Below are positions 58,063-64,000 of a stretch of DNA of 64,000 nucleotides, piece after piece. Position 1 is the stretch's first letter. Each line of letters begins with the position of its first letter. Made by a program: the position numbers and the translations under genes. This DNA is from Eledone cirrhosa (lineage: Eukaryota): NCBI GenBank assembly GCA_964016885.1, contig OZ024751.1:44702001-44766000 (forward strand). Direction: 5' to 3'. Under the pieces are notes generated by a model. It did no database searches and was not told the DNA's origin. It saw nothing but the letters and a program-made list of their open reading frames with translations.

Positions 58063-59327
58063 GTGTGTATGTGTTTGTGAGATTGTGTGCGTGTGTCCGG
58101 CTGTCTGTATACTTATGTGTATGTAAGTATGTCTTTGTATCTGTGTGTTTTTGTGTCTGCCTTCCACTGATTCCGACAACGAGTTTTCCAGTTAATAAGA
58201 ATAACGAGATAGCCTGAAATGTACGTAGAAGTGCCTGTGCATTCAAAGAACACATATACAACGTGGTAGTACAGAGAGAGATTTAATAGGGCACAGGGTG
58301 TTACAAGGCCTGGTCATGTGAATTGACACTACAACTCATGTTTGCCAACTCAGTAAACTGAAGCAACGGAAAATGAAATCCCGTGTTCAAGAAGGCAACA
58401 CACCACCAGCAATCGAACCCACGACCTTAAGATCATGAGGACAACACATTAACCACTAGGCCACACGTCTTTATTATATTTGGGAAAAAAATACGAGATG
58501 GAAATGAAAGAAACGAAGTCTAAAGATAATATTATTATTCTAATTTCCTCGTCATTAATTGGACAATGGCAACCTAGCCAGCATGGAAATTAATTAGACA
58601 AACATGTATGTCTAATTAATTGTACATATGTTACATGACAATTATTAATGAGTTTACCAGTAAACGTGTAACATCATACAGAAATATTTACTAAAATAAT
58701 AATTGCGTTTGATATAAATTTAGTCTTGAAGGCACCAGTGGTGAAGATCGTACTATTAATTAGTGTACTTGATGTATCGGTTAAGTTAGGTTCTTGGCAG
58801 GAATTGTCTTGTCATAACCCCAAACTAAAGCAAGGATTGCTTCAGTGATATGATATGATGTAAAGTACAAATTTGACTTTGTAATAACAATTAGCTATAT
58901 TTCATAGTCCAGCTGCTCTGTTTAACTTGTCGCCATAGAGGTAAACATATGAGCGACACAGGTGTTATATGGTATCAACAAAAGTAAGCCAATACTATTG
59001 CCACTTCCTTTAGACATATATTTTTAGTTTATATTTTGTCATGTTTTTATTAGAAGGAAATTATCACAACGATATGACATAAATATAAACAATTGTGTTA
59101 ATTATCAAGTTCTGCGCTAAGCAGCCGAAGTTTATGATAGATTTCTTTCTGTATATGTATATATGTATATATGTATATATGTATATATACAATATAAGAG
59201 TTAACAAGACTGTGTAAATGTGTATAGAAATTCCATCTATAATGTATGTATACTAATACATGTTGTGTTATATAGTCTATTTCACCTTTCATTTCATTTC
59301 TTCATTATACTAAGTCGTTTGCTGTGT

Positions 59328-59375
<48 letters not shown>

Positions 59376-59756
59376 AAAAGAGTCAGGACCCCTACGGCTA
59401 AGCTCCGGCCATTTCGACAGCTATATATATATATAATCGACTATCCCCACCCCCCCAAATTCTTGGCCTTGTGCCTAAATCAGAAACCGTCAGGCTAAAC
59501 TCAATGAGGGACTGGACACTTGAAGAGAAAATAAGCACCGCCAAGCATTTTAATGTCCTCTAAAATGCTATGATGGACTCAGGGTCCAAACGTTTAGAGT
59601 GGCACCCCAAGGACTGGCTGCACCAGTTGCAGTAACTTGTTGGAACGATTGATGATGTATAAACGTCCTGCTTAACAGAGCTGAAATAGAAACATTACAT
59701 AGCATAGTTTTTTTTTCGTTCTTATCTTTTGTAGAGAGTGTGTCGTCACCATAACG

Positions 59757-60364
59757 TGTCGTCTGGATAAAGACACATCTGTCGTCTGGATAAAGACACA
59801 TCTGTCGTCTGGATAAAGACACATCTGTCGTCTGATAAAGACATATCTGTCGTCTGATAAAGACACATCTGTCGTCTGAATAAAGACACATCTGTCGTCT
59901 GATAAAGACACATCTGTCGTCTGATAAAGACACATCTGTCGTCTGATAAAGACACATCTGTCGTCTGATAAAGACACATCTGTCGTCTGATAAAGACACA
60001 TCTGTCGTCTGATAAAGACACATCTGTCGTCTGATAAAGACACATCTGTCGTCTGAATAAAGACATATCTGTCGTCTGGATAAAGACATATCTGGATAAA
60101 GACACATCTGTCGTGTGGATAAAGACAGATCTGTCGTCTGGATAAAGACACATCTGTCGTCTGGATAAAGACACATCTGTCGTCTGGACAAAGACACATC
60201 TGTCGTCTGGATAAAGACAGATCTGTCGTCTGGATACAGACACATCTGTCGTCTGGATAAAGACACATCTGTCGTCTGGATAAAGACACATCTGTCGTCT
60301 GGATAAAGACATATCTGTCGTCTGGATAAAGACACATCTGTCGTCTGGATAAAGACACATCTGT
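59757..60364. repeat. 22/23-bp minisatellite (~27 units)
   Basis: Unit gtcgtctg(g)ataaagacacatct with no spacers. Confidence 0.95.
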
Positions 60365-60464
60365 TCAATATGTCTACAATTTGTCACCCATGTTTCTCTT
60401 TGCCTACGATTCACACTCTCCACTTACTATCTGCCCCTCTTATCCGCGAAATCTTTGATTTACC

Positions 60465-61270
60465 CAACCACTACCAACAGCTCCACTACCACCACCACCA
60501 CCATCACCACCACCACCATCACCATCATTACCACCACCACAAACACCACCACCAATACCACCAACACCACCAACAACACCACCATCAACACCATCTCTAC
60601 CACAAACACAATCAGCACCACCTCTAGCAGCACCACCAACAACAACACCACCACCACCATCAACACCACATCTACCACTACCACCAACAACAACAACAAC
60701 ACAGCCACCACCACCACCAATACCACCAATACCACCACCACCATCAATACCACCACCACCACCATCATCAATACCACCACCACCACCATCAACACCACTT
60801 CTACTACCACCACCAGTACCACCGATACCACCAACACCACCACCACAACCACCAATACCACCGCCATCAATACCACCACCACCACCACCATCAATACCAC
60901 CACCATCACCACCACCACCACCGTCAATACCACCACCACCACCACCACCATCAATACCACCACCACCACCATCAACACTACCTCTACCACCACCACCACC
61001 ACCAATACCACCACCGCCATCAATACCACCACCTACCACCACCACCATCAATACCACCACCACCACCATCAACACTACCTCTACCACCACCACCACCACC
61101 AATACCACCACCGCCATCAATACCACCACCTACCACCACCACCAGTACCACCGATACCACCAATACCAACAACACCACCACCACCACCACTAATACCACC
61201 ACCGCCATCCATACCACCACCACCACCACCACCATCAATACCACCACCATCAGCACAGCACCACCGCCCA
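60465..61270. repeat. (CAC/CAA/CAT) low-complexity tract
   Basis: Visible directly. Confidence 0.9.
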
Positions 61271-61591
61271 CTACTCCAGGGTTTCTTAGTTTTTTTGGTG
61301 GTGGGGGTGGGCGGGTGGGGAGGAGGAATAAGGAGGCGTTAGGGTAAGAGAAACTTCCCTCCACCAACACTCAAATAGACACAGCTTATATACACTCATC
61401 AGTTTGTGTAATATATGATAACACATCTAAATTACATTGATGCTTGTTAAATTATGAAGCGCCTGTCAACACGACAGTTAATTGTTTATATACTGTCAAT
61501 GTGATTAGCATGAGAACTGATAGAATAGCGAAAGTTACCGAAAACGGTGAATATAAACAAGTTTGTTATTATACAGACCTTGTTGCATCAT

Positions 61592-61681
<90 letters not shown>

Positions 61682-61866
61682 CATAAATATATTTATAAAC
61701 ATATATATTATAACATATATTTATAAATATATATATACGTATATATACGTATATATATAAATATATATATATACATATAAATATATATATATATACATAT
61801 AAATATATGTATATATATATATATCTATAAATATAAATATATGTATATATATATATATATCTATAA

Positions 61867-62131
<265 letters not shown>

Positions 62132-62145
62132 TATATGTATATATA

Positions 62146-62227
<82 letters not shown>

Positions 62228-62428
62228 GTATGTGTGAAGAAAAAAGTGCGAGTATGTGAATGCGTGTCTGTATGAGTGTGTGTATATGTATGTGTGAATA
62301 TGTTGTGGTATATGGACAAGAGAGGGGACAGGGGAAAGAGAGGAAGAAAGAGAAAGAGAGAAATTGATTGATAGGTATTTTGACAGTTGTAGTCAACCTA
62401 CCATGGTGTAATAAACTAGTTTACACTC

Positions 62429-62617
<189 letters not shown>

Positions 62618-62640
62618 TTACATATCTATATCTATATATA

Positions 62641-62676
<36 letters not shown>

Positions 62677-62681
62677 TATAC

Positions 62682-62860
<179 letters not shown>

Positions 62861-62871
62861 CATATATATAC

Positions 62872-62952
<81 letters not shown>

Positions 62953-62962
62953 ACACATAGCA

Positions 62963-63110
62963 GCGCAGGCATGTTGGTACGGTGTAAAAAATCGCTATGT
63001 AAACACGTGATTCCGGGTTCACACTCACTGAGGGGGGCCCTGTAAACTGGGGTTAAGCATTGACTTGTGAGTGAAATTAGGTAGTAGCCGACTACCGATG
63101 TCCGTTATGT
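62963..63110 (+). mobile_element. Diverged tRNA-derived SINE, family C
   Basis: gcgcaggc head, ccgggttcacactcact B-box-like motif, cttgtgagtgaaatt.ggtag tail running into (TATG)/(CA)n; resembles octopus SINEs from memory. Confidence 0.45.
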
Positions 63111-63116
63111 ATGTAT

Positions 63117-63236
<120 letters not shown>

Positions 63237-63323
63237 CTCCACTCTCAAGCGTGAAACTAATACTAATATCATTTGTACTGCCTCTTCGTTCTTCTGTTTT
63301 TTTGTTTTCTGCTTATTTATTGA

Positions 63324-63367
<44 letters not shown>

Positions 63368-64000
63368 AAAAAAAGATGAAATCGAAAATGCAACTGGAGT
63401 CTTATTTTTTTTTTTTAAATATATATATATATCATCTTATTTTCTTTATACTTTCACTCGTGTAGGACACCTCGGTTATTTTTCATTTTGTAAAAAAAAC
63501 CTCACTTTCTAATATAAGTTGTTCTTTGACCCATATTCTAGCTGATTCTTGCGGAGAAGGAAACAAAATCATTCGGATCGGGCGAGTGCAAGAATCTGAT
63601 TTTTTTTACTATTTCTTGTGCTGCATCTAAACAAGTTTGTAGTATTTCTCTTATTGTTCAGGTGTTTTTTGGGTTTTTTTATGAGTACAAAAATATAGAT
63701 TATCAAACCAATGTGGTTGTTACTTTAGTAAACCTTACATTTCATGTTTTGCTTGAGAGCAAAGTAGTTGAACATAGAGTTTTCTCATTTGATTCATTGA
63801 TATTAGATGGTCTAGACACAAATACTTAAGCCACACCCGGTATAAAACATAATAACAAAAAATGTCTCACACAATGATGACTTGTGTATTATATTAGTTC
63901 ACCTTTGTTTATGACAGTCACATAAGACAGAATATGTTCTAAATTATTGAAACCCATGCACGACTCAGCAGGCGAATGACAATGTATCAGCAAGATTTGC

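Noticed and set aside
59568-60423. CRISPR-like repeat and repeat ORFs
   Set aside because: Contiguous units without unique spacers.

Overview
Eukaryotic, extremely microsatellite-rich DNA ((TA)n, (CA)n, (GATA)n, (TATG)n, triplet tracts). The repeat content suggests a cephalopod (Octopus-like) genome; this is inference from the SINE types and repeat density. I can support no host protein-coding gene, and nearly all ORF-track entries are translations of simple repeats. Recognisable content: a near full-length but disrupted Tx1-clade LINE (52653-57978, minus) plus three 3' stubs, all in (GATA)n; an R4/Dong-like restriction-endonuclease LINE remnant in (TACA)n; RTE- and CR1-group fragments; a non-autonomous RTE derivative; two GIY-YIG (Penelope-like element, PLE) endonuclease fragments; tRNA-derived SINEs; two MITEs; a Helitron-like end; and 55-, 34- and 22/23-bp minisatellites. 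The main hidden signal is about a dozen minimal type-I hammerhead ribozyme motifs from at least seven unrelated sequence families, found by hand-folding. They sit in short cassettes, mostly wedged in (TA)n tracts, often as fold-back inverted repeats (up to a 409-bp palindrome). Several show compensatory stem changes and family-specific core variants. All folds are manual and no database search was possible.
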